This document shows, piece after piece, positions 33,787 to 44,311 of a stretch of DNA of 64,000 nt. The notes below the pieces were generated by a model. It saw only the letters and a program-made list of their open reading frames with translations, made no database searches and was not told where the DNA came from. Position numbers and translations under genes: made by a program. Positions within the stretch are counted from its first letter, which is position 1; each line of letters begins with the position of its first letter. Source of the stretch: Bdellovibrionota bacterium. GTDB lineage: Bacteria; Bdellovibrionota_C; UBA2361; JBIKWN01. Location of the stretch: assembly GCA_044356295.1 (NCBI GenBank), contig JBIKWN010000002.1, positions 74,763 to 138,762 of the forward strand, written 5' to 3'.

Positions 33787-35473
33787 ACCGAACGTAAAGT
33801 TCTTTCCCGGTTTCATTGATAGCTTTAAAGACGACATTGTTTTTCTTTAGTAGTTGCTGAATTGTTTTGTGTACTGCTAAGCGTGCTGTTGGGCCTAAGT
33901 CGCTTTCAATATCTTTTATCACAAAAGTCATCGTTTGGCGACGTCGCTTTGAGCCTAAAATCTTCTGGCACAGCCAAAGTCTTTGTTTTTCTGGCGCTAA
34001 GAGAAGACTCGTTTTTTGTCGCAGCGTACAAGAACCTAGACCAATTGAATCTAACAAATCAAGAAGGTCACAGATTTCTTTGTCGAGATGCAGAAGTTTG
34101 CTCAATTCAGAGATTGTTGCTGTGTATAATGACTCTATATTTATCGATAAATAAAAACAGTGCATAGAATTCTCTGCGGCATCCGTTTGTAGTGAATGAA
34201 AAGCTTCTTGAAGCATTTTTGTGGTAATTGAATTCTGCCTTGCATAAGGAGTCGCTTTAAAACGATTTATGAGGAGCGAATCAATATTTCCAAAATTAAG
34301 AAGCGTTGAAATACCAGTATCTTCCTCAAATCGATACGTGGTCTCATTGACCAAAGTGATAGCTTGGGTGCCTTCTTCCTTGTTGCTCAAATTTGGCTGC
34401 GGATTATAAATAATAAGATTGGACTGAACTTTCGAAAAAAGATTTGAAATCGGATCAACTAATGGGACCCATAAAGAATTTGATAATTCTATATAAAGAA
34501 ATTTTTCCTTGTATTTGAATTCATGCTCAAGAAATATTCTTACAGATTTTAAGAAGCGTTTAAAATCTTTGTCTAAATCGATGAGTCGTTGAACGATAGG
34601 TGAAACTAGAAATTCCACCCATACCTTATTGTGAGTATCTAAATTTTTGGTTTCACTGTTTAGGCTAAAATTTTTTATATCATCTATTGAAAGATTTAAT
34701 TCTCTACTTCGATGACTTTCCGTAACGGTAAATTTACTACAAATCGGACAATAGTAATTAGAAAATATTGTTTCTTGACGATGGATTCTCTTAAGACTAT
34801 CTACTTCATCAGTAAAATCAAAAAATGTGAGTAGTCCATGCTGATGCAATAAGTCTTCTATTTTTTTTCTGAGCGTATTTTCTGAAACTGCTGTATCCAG
34901 ATACATACTACTCAAAGAAATAGTGTCAATCACTAGATACTGAGGATGTTTAGAATCATTACTCGATTTTAGAATCCCATCCTCTATAACTCTTGAGACT
35001 TGATAAAAATCTTTTGCAAGCTCCCAGGAAACTCCGTCTCGTACTAAAAGTGTCTCGGCTGAAATACATACAGCAATAACTGTGGTATTACTAGAACTTG
35101 TAAATTTCAATATCAACTCTTCGATACTGGAACTTGATAATTGCTGCTTACAAGTATCACAAAAAACAATCCTATCTTGATCGGCACCAATAAGTCCTAT
35201 TAATTCATTAGGAATACATTCAGCAAAAAAATTTACTTTTCCCGTAGCGCATAAAATCAGTTCTTGCTGGTTAGGTACTGTTAGTGGTCGTTTCGTAGTT
35301 TCAATAGAATTAGATAAAACGAGATCTCGCCAAGGGATTTTCTTAGTCACAATAACTTCTTCATCATCACTAGCCCCTTTCACTGTATACTCAGATGCAT
35401 TCAGCGAAGCGCGATATTGACGAGCAGAGCTCGACACTTCATGAATTTGAAATTTAGCTACGGGAGTATCCAC
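33779..35473 (-). CDS. Highly diverged UvrA-derived protein lacking ATPase motifs
   Basis: CxxC motifs (CDTC, CPIC); RFKATPYARQ resembles UvrA LFA.TPEA..RG; C-terminal L..IGLG..TL.Q....LLAPEKQRL.L aligns to the UvrA signature region. Confidence 0.55.
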   Translation of the reverse strand: MDTPVAKFQIHEVSSSARQYRASLNASEYTVKGASDDEEVIVTKKIPWRDLVLSNSIETTKRPLTVPNQQELILCATGKVNFFAECIPNELIGLIGADQDRIVFCDTCKQQLSSSSIEELILKFTSSSNTTVIAVCISAETLLVRDGVSWELAKDFYQVSRVIEDGILKSSNDSKHPQYLVIDTISLSSMYLDTAVSENTLRKKIEDLLHQHGLLTFFDFTDEVDSLKRIHRQETIFSNYYCPICSKFTVTESHRSRELNLSIDDIKNFSLNSETKNLDTHNKVWVEFLVSPIVQRLIDLDKDFKRFLKSVRIFLEHEFKYKEKFLYIELSNSLWVPLVDPISNLFSKVQSNLIIYNPQPNLSNKEEGTQAITLVNETTYRFEEDTGISTLLNFGNIDSLLINRFKATPYARQNSITTKMLQEAFHSLQTDAAENSMHCFYLSINIESLYTATISELSKLLHLDKEICDLLDLLDSIGLGSCTLRQKTSLLLAPEKQRLWLCQKILGSKRRRQTMTFVIKDIESDLGPTARLAVHKTIQQLLKKNNVVFKAINETGKELYVRYA

Positions 35474-35509
35474 ATGCTTAGTCTTACGTATTTTTATTAC
35501 AAAAGTCGA

Positions 35510-36496
35510 TTAGGGATTCTTTGAAACTCTTCGAATTCCAAGTGCTGATGGAGATGGTCGAGAAGAGATCTGAGCACCTTCGCTTTTATTGGCAAATGAT
35601 ACAGAGGTTCCACCATCAAGAAAAACAAGCTTATCAGGGATAATATTTAGTTTTTGTGTAAGATAGAAACACTGCTTTGCAAATGAAAAAATAGTGAGAC
35701 CTTTATTAGGACTTTGACCACTGCCAACACTAACCGTCATTAAAACTTTTTCATTTGTTTGTTTATCAAATCCAATGAGCACTCCTGTTCTGGGGCGCTC
35801 TAATCCTCCATCGAGCCCCTCATAGGCGGCTTTGCAATTATAATTTCTGTTCCAAGTATTAAATGCTTGAACAAAAAAATCTTTTCTACTTCGATCAACT
35901 AAAACTTTTTGAATTACTTGATTTTTTATATCAACAAAAGCCAGCCCGCCTAAATAATGTTCGAATTCAACTGACAGGTCTGCTCCTGGTGGAATAATTT
36001 TCCCACTTTTATCCTTTAGGTCCGATCGCCTACCAATCTGCCATTCACCCTCTTTTGGAAGTCCAACGTAATATCGATTGTATATTTTTCTTTCGAGGCG
36101 CTGATCAGAACTTTTAAAAGGTTTTGAAAAATTTTTGTGTGCTGGATCAATAGAGACCCCTACTATGTCTCCCATACTTTGACCACCACCAAAAAAAGTA
36201 CCGTTTACAATTGCTACGTATTGATTTGAATTGAGTAAATTTTGAGCAGTACGCTGATTAAAGGATCCTCCAAGGACCATCATTTCATACCCTGAATCAA
36301 CCAGAAGCACATCAGCACGCAAAACCGTATTGTTTGAAAGCTTGATTTTTACAGACCTCAAAGGAGGTGATACTGAAATATTATTAGGAGGATTAAGGAA
36401 CTCTAGTGAGTTTGCACCACCAAGACTATCCGCCTGGAGACCAAACAGAGCAAAAGAAGCTAAGGGCACTAGACTAGCATTTTTTAGAAAACCCAT
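35510..36496 (-). CDS. Phosphodiester glycosidase (NAGPA/DUF2233) family protein, exported
   Basis: Signal-like N-terminus; VNGTFF, PRTGV and LDGGTS. Confidence 0.7.
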   Translation of the reverse strand: MGFLKNASLVPLASFALFGLQADSLGGANSLEFLNPPNNISVSPPLRSVKIKLSNNTVLRADVLLVDSGYEMMVLGGSFNQRTAQNLLNSNQYVAIVNGTFFGGGQSMGDIVGVSIDPAHKNFSKPFKSSDQRLERKIYNRYYVGLPKEGEWQIGRRSDLKDKSGKIIPPGADLSVEFEHYLGGLAFVDIKNQVIQKVLVDRSRKDFFVQAFNTWNRNYNCKAAYEGLDGGLERPRTGVLIGFDKQTNEKVLMTVSVGSGQSPNKGLTIFSFAKQCFYLTQKLNIIPDKLVFLDGGTSVSFANKSEGAQISSRPSPSALGIRRVSKNP

Positions 36497-36611
36497 TCCT
36501 TACGATGGTAATGATAATAGAACAGGATAAAAAGCACTTTTTTCGTGTTTATCTCTTTAGTGGTCGTTTTATCTACAGTTTGATATAACAAATTACTTAA
36601 AAAACTCGACC

Positions 36612-37895
36612 ATGATCCTTAGCTTTCATCCTACACTTCGAGCCCTTATTACAGCAGTTTTTGCCGGATTTTTATTCATTTTTTTTGCATGGAAAGATAA
36701 TGATATCCTTGCTAGTTATACAGTTCTAACCCTCTGTACCTCGCTATTTTTCAGCTTTTTCCTTGTACTCGTTTCTGGTCGTCGAATAAAAAAAAATATG
36801 TCGATTCAGATTCTCTCTTCTCTGCCAGCAGATTCGAAATCTACAACAGTCTTTAGCAAAAGCCCCTCGCTGTTTCACTTTAGTCTGAAAAATTGCTCGA
36901 TACTTCCCCTCACCGACTTATCGCTACGTTTTATATTTCAGAACGACGATGCTGCTGAAATTTTTGTAGTTATCAATGCTTCAAGCCCTAAAGACAAGAT
37001 TCATCAGATACCCTTTGTGTATGAGCATCGTGGAATTTGGAACAATGATCAGATTGAATGGAAGATCCAAGATAGTTTTGGATTTTGGAATTATCAATCA
37101 AAAAAATCTGTTTCATTATCTTCTGAAGCGACATCAGTCTATCCAGCCCCCAGTAACTTTGAATCTCTTGAACCTCTTTTTTCAAGTGTTCGAGATGGAG
37201 ATGATCAACTCGATTCGGTGCAGCTTGGTGGTGATCTATATGATATTAAACGGTACCACCCATCTGATGGACTTCGAAAAATTGTTTGGAAAGTTTTTGC
37301 ACGTACTGGAGAACTGCTTTCAAGACATCCCGAGAAAACAATGACACCTGACGGCAAAATTATTCTGTATGTAGCAGGTGGCAAATTGGCAGACAATGGC
37401 TATTGGCAATGTTCTCGTTACATGCAGCAGATGAAACAGATTGGGCTTGATGTTCTCTCGTCTGGGTTACAGTTTGGAAGTAACGACGCCTGCCCTGATC
37501 CTGAATCATTTCTTGATAAAGCAGTAATCTCTGCCTTTAATCCTATTAATGTTGATGGAATTCATAAACTCTTTTCTGAAGAGTTTGGAACCTCTTTTGT
37601 TTCCTCAGTTGGGTTGTTTATCGATCTGACTTCCCACGATAAAGAAGAACTTGATAATCTTATCAAAAGTATTCGAGAAATCGTGATAAGTTTAAAAGAG
37701 AAAAATATCAAACCAGTTATACTCTATTTTCATGCTATTGATGATTCTGATGAGCAAACCAGATCATCACATCCTGTATCAAAAGTATTAGAGCTCATTA
37801 AAGAGAAGTCCGAGAAAAATTTCAGTGATTCATTTCAATACATGTCTATTCAACAATCGTTTCTAAATGAACTTCAGGATTCGTTGACGCAATGA
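36612..37895 (+). CDS. DUF58 domain protein
   Basis: Two N-terminal TMs, DSFGF, VYP and DLYDIKRYHPSDGLRKIVWK. Confidence 0.85.
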   Translation: MILSFHPTLRALITAVFAGFLFIFFAWKDNDILASYTVLTLCTSLFFSFFLVLVSGRRIKKNMSIQILSSLPADSKSTTVFSKSPSLFHFSLKNCSILPLTDLSLRFIFQNDDAAEIFVVINASSPKDKIHQIPFVYEHRGIWNNDQIEWKIQDSFGFWNYQSKKSVSLSSEATSVYPAPSNFESLEPLFSSVRDGDDQLDSVQLGGDLYDIKRYHPSDGLRKIVWKVFARTGELLSRHPEKTMTPDGKIILYVAGGKLADNGYWQCSRYMQQMKQIGLDVLSSGLQFGSNDACPDPESFLDKAVISAFNPINVDGIHKLFSEEFGTSFVSSVGLFIDLTSHDKEELDNLIKSIREIVISLKEKNIKPVILYFHAIDDSDEQTRSSHPVSKVLELIKEKSEKNFSDSFQYMSIQQSFLNELQDSLTQ

Positions 37896-40042
37896 AATAT
37901 CTCTACCTATTTCGCTGTAGCATTATTTTCTTCTTAATTCTGTGTGCACAGTGGATTCTTGACCTTGAAATTTCATTGCCAATGATTACATCAACACTCA
38001 TTGTTGGCACCTTGTTTCCTTATATTCTTTTTCGAAATAAATTTACATTCTTGGGATTTATTCTCTCTTGCTTCGCCATTTATATAATATCTTTTTCTGT
38101 TCAATATATTCTTGGTGAATCGTCAGGGGCAGTTTTTGGATCTCCCTTTATATTTGATTTATTCAACGACTCTTTAAATCTATTCCTCATTGGTGCTGCT
38201 GGAACTACCATTTTATCTTGGTTTTTCCTTCGTCTGCCTGGCTATCCAGTTGTAGAGCTTTTAGGAATGATAGCATTAGCACTTGGGATTTTTGGCACCC
38301 ATCGAAATTTTAATTTTGATAATCCTAAACTTCTCAGTGATCTTGCATGGCAATATAATATTGAACCTCTCTCACTTCTGATTGCATCAGGATTCGTTTT
38401 ATCAATTCTAATCCTTGCATACTCAATGATGATTGCAAAACTCGAAATGCAAACTCATCGCTCGATTTTTATTGATACTGGATCGAGTCGTAAAAAAATT
38501 CGTAGTTCATTTGCACTCATTGGTATTTTTATTATCGTCGCGCTTGGAAGCGGTTTGTATCAATTCTATTTTCTTCAACAACAACTTCGTGTTGCAAATG
38601 GCGTAGGGCAAGCATCTGAAGAAGGAGTCAGTCCATTAGGATTTAATAGTGCTATGGGGAGCACGAGACAACCTGCTGCCGTAGTTCGACTTGATGGGGA
38701 TTATACTGAAAATCCATTTCAGCCGATGATGTATCTTCGAGAAAATGCTCTGTCTACCTTAGGAAATCATGAATTAGTTATTGCAGGTGGTGAATTTGAT
38801 ACTGATCTTCACAGAACTGCTCCAAATGAACGGTATGAAATTGATCTACCATCAGTTACCAATAGAAAGAAACTATCTTTCTCTGCATACCTCTTAACAA
38901 AACATAATCTTGCCTTTGCTATCGATTATCCGATTAGTATCAGCCCGATTAAAAATCCAAAGCCCGAGAAATTTAAAAGTGCTTTTCACTCAGTATCAGT
39001 AGTCCCTACATTCCCTCTTGCTGCTCTTGTAGGCGCCAGAGCTGGTGACAGTTCTTGGAATGAACAAGTTCGTGCACATTATCTAGCAACAGATCCCGAT
39101 CCAAGATATGCAACACTAGCCGCTCGAATTGTTGGTAATCAGGCAATATCTTCGTCAGAAGCAGCTCAAAAAATTGCGCAATATCTCTCTGAGAATTCAA
39201 TCTATACATTGACCCCAAACCATTCAGTAAAAAAAGGCGACGATCAAGTCGCACCGTACCTATTCGGAGATATGCGTGGATATTGCGTACATTTTGCTCA
39301 TGCTACTGTTTTTATGCTTCGCTCGCTTGGTATACCGGCTCGAATCGGGGCAGGTTATCTAACAGATCTGAGTAAAGCCAAGGATGGTCACATTCTTTTA
39401 AGAATGAGTGACCGTCATGCTTGGGCAGAAGTATATTTCGAAGGTTTTGGATGGATTCCTTTTGATACAAAACCAACCCGTGTTGAAAGTCACGGTGATT
39501 CCGAGATGGACTATAAACTCTTAGAAGAACTCATGGGGATTCTTGGAAATGATGAGTTCCTTCCCCCTGAAAAAACGATTAAAGAACCTGGACTTCAAAA
39601 ACCTATTCCATTCGAATTTCCAATTCACAGAATACCTTGGCTCGAAATATGTTTATCAATCTGTGGTGGACTTCTTTTTCTAAAATTATGGATTCGATTG
39701 AGCTGGAAACTTCCTTCAACTAAAAAGAAAAAAATATTTCGTGCATATCGAAGCTTGATCTCTGTGCTCTATGATATTGGAATCTATCGACAAAAAGCTG
39801 AGACATTCACTGAATTTCAAAAACGTGTTGCTCTTGAGATTCCAAACAATATTCTTTCGCACATTACTCCTCATACTCTTACAACGAAATTTAGTGATAT
39901 ATCTGAAATAAGTTCAGTAACACTCGATGAAATTATTCAAAGTGAGCAATCTGTCTTAAGAAAAATCTCTTTGGTAAAAAAATTAATTGCTCTTTTAAAT
40001 CCAGCTTCTTGTTTACTTCTTTTTAAGAGGAACTGGATATGA
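37892..40042 (+). CDS. Membrane-bound transglutaminase-like protein (TgpA-like)
   Basis: Multiple TMs; catalytic triad motifs GYCVHFA, HAWAEVY and WIPFD. Confidence 0.9.
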   Translation: MKYLYLFRCSIIFFLILCAQWILDLEISLPMITSTLIVGTLFPYILFRNKFTFLGFILSCFAIYIISFSVQYILGESSGAVFGSPFIFDLFNDSLNLFLIGAAGTTILSWFFLRLPGYPVVELLGMIALALGIFGTHRNFNFDNPKLLSDLAWQYNIEPLSLLIASGFVLSILILAYSMMIAKLEMQTHRSIFIDTGSSRKKIRSSFALIGIFIIVALGSGLYQFYFLQQQLRVANGVGQASEEGVSPLGFNSAMGSTRQPAAVVRLDGDYTENPFQPMMYLRENALSTLGNHELVIAGGEFDTDLHRTAPNERYEIDLPSVTNRKKLSFSAYLLTKHNLAFAIDYPISISPIKNPKPEKFKSAFHSVSVVPTFPLAALVGARAGDSSWNEQVRAHYLATDPDPRYATLAARIVGNQAISSSEAAQKIAQYLSENSIYTLTPNHSVKKGDDQVAPYLFGDMRGYCVHFAHATVFMLRSLGIPARIGAGYLTDLSKAKDGHILLRMSDRHAWAEVYFEGFGWIPFDTKPTRVESHGDSEMDYKLLEELMGILGNDEFLPPEKTIKEPGLQKPIPFEFPIHRIPWLEICLSICGGLLFLKLWIRLSWKLPSTKKKKIFRAYRSLISVLYDIGIYRQKAETFTEFQKRVALEIPNNILSHITPHTLTTKFSDISEISSVTLDEIIQSEQSVLRKISLVKKLIALLNPASCLLLFKRNWI

Positions 40043-41937
40043 AATTTTTCGTTCAATACATTTTCGCTCTTTCTCTTACATTCTTTGTTTGCCCACATTA
40101 TACGTTTGCCCAAGTTTCTGATCCGTTGTGGAGTGATAGTGATTCGCTTGAAGAAGATGAAAAACTTGACGAACTCAAAACTGCCGATCAGCTTATTGGA
40201 GAAGCTGATTTCCTTTTAGATGACCAACGGCTACTCGATGCTCGTACGAAATTAATGCGCGCTCTTAAAAAAGAGCCAAAGAATTACCGAGCGCACATGA
40301 TGTTATCTGGATATTACCTCGTGCACGTGGGTCATTTTCGATTATCACTGCGCTATGTTCGTGAAGCAGAACGGCTTTTTCTTGAAAAGAATGGACCCCC
40401 TCCTTATATTGATGCAAGGGCGCTCGCGGAGCATGGACAGATCCTCTATTTAATCTCGCAAGCAAGATTAAATCTTGATGATTATCAAGGTGCACTTGAT
40501 TCCCTAGATGACTTTGAACGACTGCACTATCAAGCACAGTGGTATCCTGGAACGAGAGCATGGATTCTTATGAAGCTTGGCAAAATTGAAGATGCTATTC
40601 GTATAGCAAGAGCTGGTGTTATCGGGGGTGCTGAGCCTGGACGAACGCTTAATATGCTTGGCATTCTTCTATCCATGCACGGTGAACGAGAAGAATCGTT
40701 ATCTATATTTCGAGAAGCTATCGCATGGGAGCTTTCACAGGGGTCAAATGGTCAACCTGCAACTCCTCTTAATAATAGTGGCGAAGTGTATAAAGAGCTT
40801 TTCATGGATGAGAAAGCTGAAAGTAATTGGTTACGTGCCATGGGTATGCCTGATGGTTGTGAACATATTCTGCCGACGTTGAATGTATCTCTTCTTTACT
40901 TCGATCAGATGAATCTCGATGGAGCTAAGAAAGCGTTCGACAGCTTTGAATCTTGCGTTGCACAATATCCACTCAGGAACGGAGAAGAACATAAAGCGCT
41001 TCTTGCATTCGGAAGAGGAAGGATACTGTTGTTATCTGGACGAGCTGAAGCATCGCTTGAACAATTTGAGCAATCAAATAAAGACCGTCAATGGTTCGGT
41101 AAAATCGGAACGAGTGAGCAAGATCTGAGCGCTGCGATTTTACAATCGATGTCGCAAGCTCACTATGCAATTGCAAATCGGTTGCGATTAACAATTGTTG
41201 ATTCTATTTGGGATTCTTTTTTCAATGTTCAAGAGGAATACTTTCATCAAATGCTCGGCTGGTGGTACGAGCGCAAAGCTCGAAGGCTTTTAATCGAAGA
41301 GCTAAAAGAACTCGAAGATATTTCAATTAGAAACACAGATTCACTGCTTGAGTATCCTACTCTTGGAACAGTATTGAGAGGACTTTCGACAGTTTCATTA
41401 AAAACAAGAATTGAGCTTGAACATAAAACAGACTCACGAAAAGTTGCTAGAAATTTTTATGAAGGCTACCTCGGGGAGAATCTACTTTTTCATGGTAATG
41501 AAACTCAAGGATTAGCACTGATACAAAACGCAATTACCAATGCTCGTTCACATTTTGATGATCTTTTTAAAGCACACCTCCAGGCTCTACTCTTAACAAG
41601 GCTCTCACCTGATTCAGCTTCGTATGATCAAATCATTCAAGAGCTCTTCACCCTCAACAGGGTTCTGTTAAGGGATAGAGGCTTGGCGTTACCTGTTAAG
41701 ATAAGTGGATCCCTTGGCTCTAATGAACTCACACTACTGAGGCAAGCAGGCATCATACCTTCTCAGAATTCTCAAGCTTCTGTCGAAATTACGTTTACTC
41801 GACATCAAGACTCCATTCTCGCAGAAGTGAAAGCTCCTCTCGCATCTGGTGGCGTCATGCAACTAAAAGGAGAGCGATTCTCTGACTTAGTGAACCGACT
41901 GAACGAGAACTTATTTTCAATAGATGTATCCGGATAA
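40039..41937 (+). CDS. Exported tetratricopeptide repeat protein
   Basis: Signal peptide; TPR-like helices (ALKKEPKNYRAHMML, TLNMLGILL, PLNNSGEVY). Confidence 0.75.
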   Translation: MKFFVQYIFALSLTFFVCPHYTFAQVSDPLWSDSDSLEEDEKLDELKTADQLIGEADFLLDDQRLLDARTKLMRALKKEPKNYRAHMMLSGYYLVHVGHFRLSLRYVREAERLFLEKNGPPPYIDARALAEHGQILYLISQARLNLDDYQGALDSLDDFERLHYQAQWYPGTRAWILMKLGKIEDAIRIARAGVIGGAEPGRTLNMLGILLSMHGEREESLSIFREAIAWELSQGSNGQPATPLNNSGEVYKELFMDEKAESNWLRAMGMPDGCEHILPTLNVSLLYFDQMNLDGAKKAFDSFESCVAQYPLRNGEEHKALLAFGRGRILLLSGRAEASLEQFEQSNKDRQWFGKIGTSEQDLSAAILQSMSQAHYAIANRLRLTIVDSIWDSFFNVQEEYFHQMLGWWYERKARRLLIEELKELEDISIRNTDSLLEYPTLGTVLRGLSTVSLKTRIELEHKTDSRKVARNFYEGYLGENLLFHGNETQGLALIQNAITNARSHFDDLFKAHLQALLLTRLSPDSASYDQIIQELFTLNRVLLRDRGLALPVKISGSLGSNELTLLRQAGIIPSQNSQASVEITFTRHQDSILAEVKAPLASGGVMQLKGERFSDLVNRLNENLFSIDVSG

Positions 41938-41964
41938 TTAATTTTTTTGTACTCTTTAGATATT

Positions 41965-42942
41965 ATGACTACTCCAGATGTTTCCTCAGCACACGCTATC
42001 TCTGAAAAATTACGATTAGCCTTAGGGCAAGTTGTGAAAGGGCGAGATGATACAATTAAAAAAATTATTGCTGCTATTTTTGCAGATGGTCATGTCCTTC
42101 TTGAAGATTATCCAGGGTCGGGTAAAACGACTCTTGCTAAGGCATTAGGTAAGCTTATCTCACCTGCTGATAGTACAGGTCATATCCTTCCCTTTCGACG
42201 AATCCAATTCACACCGGACCTTCTTCCAGGGGACGTATTAGGAGTATCAATGTTTGATACTAAAACATCGACCTTCAATTTTGTTCACGGACCAGTATTC
42301 GCGCATATTGTTCTTGCGGATGAAATAAATCGAACAGGACCAAAAGTTCAAGCAGCATTTCTTGAATGTATGGCTGAGAAACAAGTGACGATTGATAACC
42401 ATACCTATCCGCTTGACCCGTTCTTTTTTGTTATTGGAACACAGAATCCAATTGATATGGCAGGAACTTATCCCCTGCCCTATGTTCAGCTTGATAGATT
42501 TATTTTTAAAATTCCTATGCCCTATGTCGATGCGGTAACTGAGCTTGCTCTTTTAAATGAGCATGATGGAATTCTTTCTAAAGCTTCACATTTAACTGCT
42601 GTAACAACGAGAGATGAAATTCTTGCTGCACGTAAAATTACTACCGAAATTGCAGTACATCCATCAATTCAACGTGCGATTATCAGTATTGTTCAAGCAA
42701 CAAGAAATAATGCTCAGATTCAATATGGAGTTTCGACAAGAGCTGCACTTTTACTTCAACAAGCAGTGAAAGCCTTAGCCGTTGTAGCAGGACGACATTT
42801 TGCAACCGAAGATGACTTAAAAGAAGCAATTCCTGTTGTTCTTAATCATCGATTAAAATTTCATCCAAGTGCTGGGAGTCCAAGTGAGGCACTATCACGA
42901 TTAGTTGAGCCGTTTGTTGAGAAGGTTATTGTACAAGGATAA
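41965..42942 (+). CDS. moxR: MoxR family AAA+ ATPase
   Basis: HVLLEDYPGSGKT, RIQFTPDLLPGD, LADEINR and QLDRF. Confidence 0.92.
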   Translation: MTTPDVSSAHAISEKLRLALGQVVKGRDDTIKKIIAAIFADGHVLLEDYPGSGKTTLAKALGKLISPADSTGHILPFRRIQFTPDLLPGDVLGVSMFDTKTSTFNFVHGPVFAHIVLADEINRTGPKVQAAFLECMAEKQVTIDNHTYPLDPFFFVIGTQNPIDMAGTYPLPYVQLDRFIFKIPMPYVDAVTELALLNEHDGILSKASHLTAVTTRDEILAARKITTEIAVHPSIQRAIISIVQATRNNAQIQYGVSTRAALLLQQAVKALAVVAGRHFATEDDLKEAIPVVLNHRLKFHPSAGSPSEALSRLVEPFVEKVIVQG

Positions 42943-42988
42943 AGTGAGTGCATTCAGTTCTACTTTTCACTTTCAAATCGCTTACTGT

Positions 42989-43486
42989 TCAATCTTTATT
43001 AGTATTCACAAGCTCGCTGATTGCTGTAAAAAAAGGGGTCCCATTATACTTGTGCCACTGAATTGATACCGGATAAAAGTCATCTTTTATTTGATCGATT
43101 GATACGATCTGAAAATTACCAGGTGTTACTAAACCATTCTTTCCAGGTAAATTAGATTTTAAGTTTCCTGCAATCATATTAATAATTTCTCGGAGCGTAT
43201 CGTTTATCTGCTTTGTTGTAGGATTATCGATTGAGAGCAGTTGGGAGGTAACAGCAGAGCCTAACGCAACAGGAACACCCATTCGTATATTTCCTGTCCA
43301 TGTACCACCAATCCACGCTACGGATCCTAACCATGGAAAAGGTTGATTTGTTGACTTGCATCCATTTGCTGTTTCAAGCGATGCATTAAGCATCGTCTCC
43401 CAAACATGAGTAGTCGAAGCGAATAATTGAGCACTCAATTTTTCATGGCTAACTTTGAAATGCTCAATAGATTCTTGTTGTGTCAT
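42989..43486 (-). CDS. cheX: Chemotaxis phosphatase CheX-like
   Basis: GGTWTG and EIINMIAGNLK (ExxN) motifs; last gene of the che operon. Confidence 0.75.
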   Translation of the reverse strand: MTQQESIEHFKVSHEKLSAQLFASTTHVWETMLNASLETANGCKSTNQPFPWLGSVAWIGGTWTGNIRMGVPVALGSAVTSQLLSIDNPTTKQINDTLREIINMIAGNLKSNLPGKNGLVTPGNFQIVSIDQIKDDFYPVSIQWHKYNGTPFFTAISELVNTNKD

Positions 43487-43495
43487 AAAAAAGAA

Positions 43496-44311
43496 TTACT
43501 TTTTTTGATAACAGCTCGTTTTTTCAAATGAGATTCGATTAAAGTTGTCGCAAAGATTTAATGTCGTCTCTGCTGTTCCTAAAAAAAGGTAGCCCTCTGG
43601 TTTTAATATACTATGAACTCTATTTAAAATTTGACGTTTTGTTTCGATATCAAAATAAATCAGCACGTTTCGTAACATTACAAGGTCACATGGTGGAATC
43701 GTTGTAAATGGATGAAGAAGATTTAATTCTGAATATTCGACCATCTCTCTAATATCAGGACGAATAATCCAATCTTGATTATTTTTTTCGAAATATTTTG
43801 GAAGATATCGGACTGGAAGACCTCGATTGATTTCAATTTGATTGAAAATACCACTTTTTGCTTTTGCAAGAATTGCTGCCGAAACATCAGTAGCTTTAAA
43901 TTTGATTCGCCAGCTTGAGAGCTCAGGAAAAGTTTCACGAATTAACATACAAAGCGAGTACGGTTCTTGTCCTGAAGAAGCTGCACCACACCAAATTGTT
44001 AATTCTTTTTTTGGACGTAATTTCTCGATAAGCTGTGGGATTATTTTTGTTTTAAGGGCTTCAAAAGGTTCAATATCTCTAAAAAAACTTGTTTCGTGTG
44101 TCGTGAGTGATTCAACAACCTGCCGACGCCGTATTTTGTCAGAAGATTTCTGAAGATGAATAACAAAACTAGATATATCTACGAATCCGAGGCTTTTTGC
44201 TACAGGCTCAACTCGGGATTGGACAAGATACTCTTTTCCTTCGCCAAGTGTAATACCAGCGTCTTCTTTCACCAGTCTAGCAATATATTGAAAATCGACT
44301 TGATTAAGCAT
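43496..44311 (-). CDS. cheR: Chemotaxis methyltransferase CheR
   Basis: TTHETSFFRD, WCGAASSGQEPYS and RNVLIYFD. Confidence 0.95.
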   Translation of the reverse strand: MLNQVDFQYIARLVKEDAGITLGEGKEYLVQSRVEPVAKSLGFVDISSFVIHLQKSSDKIRRRQVVESLTTHETSFFRDIEPFEALKTKIIPQLIEKLRPKKELTIWCGAASSGQEPYSLCMLIRETFPELSSWRIKFKATDVSAAILAKAKSGIFNQIEINRGLPVRYLPKYFEKNNQDWIIRPDIREMVEYSELNLLHPFTTIPPCDLVMLRNVLIYFDIETKRQILNRVHSILKPEGYLFLGTAETTLNLCDNFNRISFEKTSCYQKK

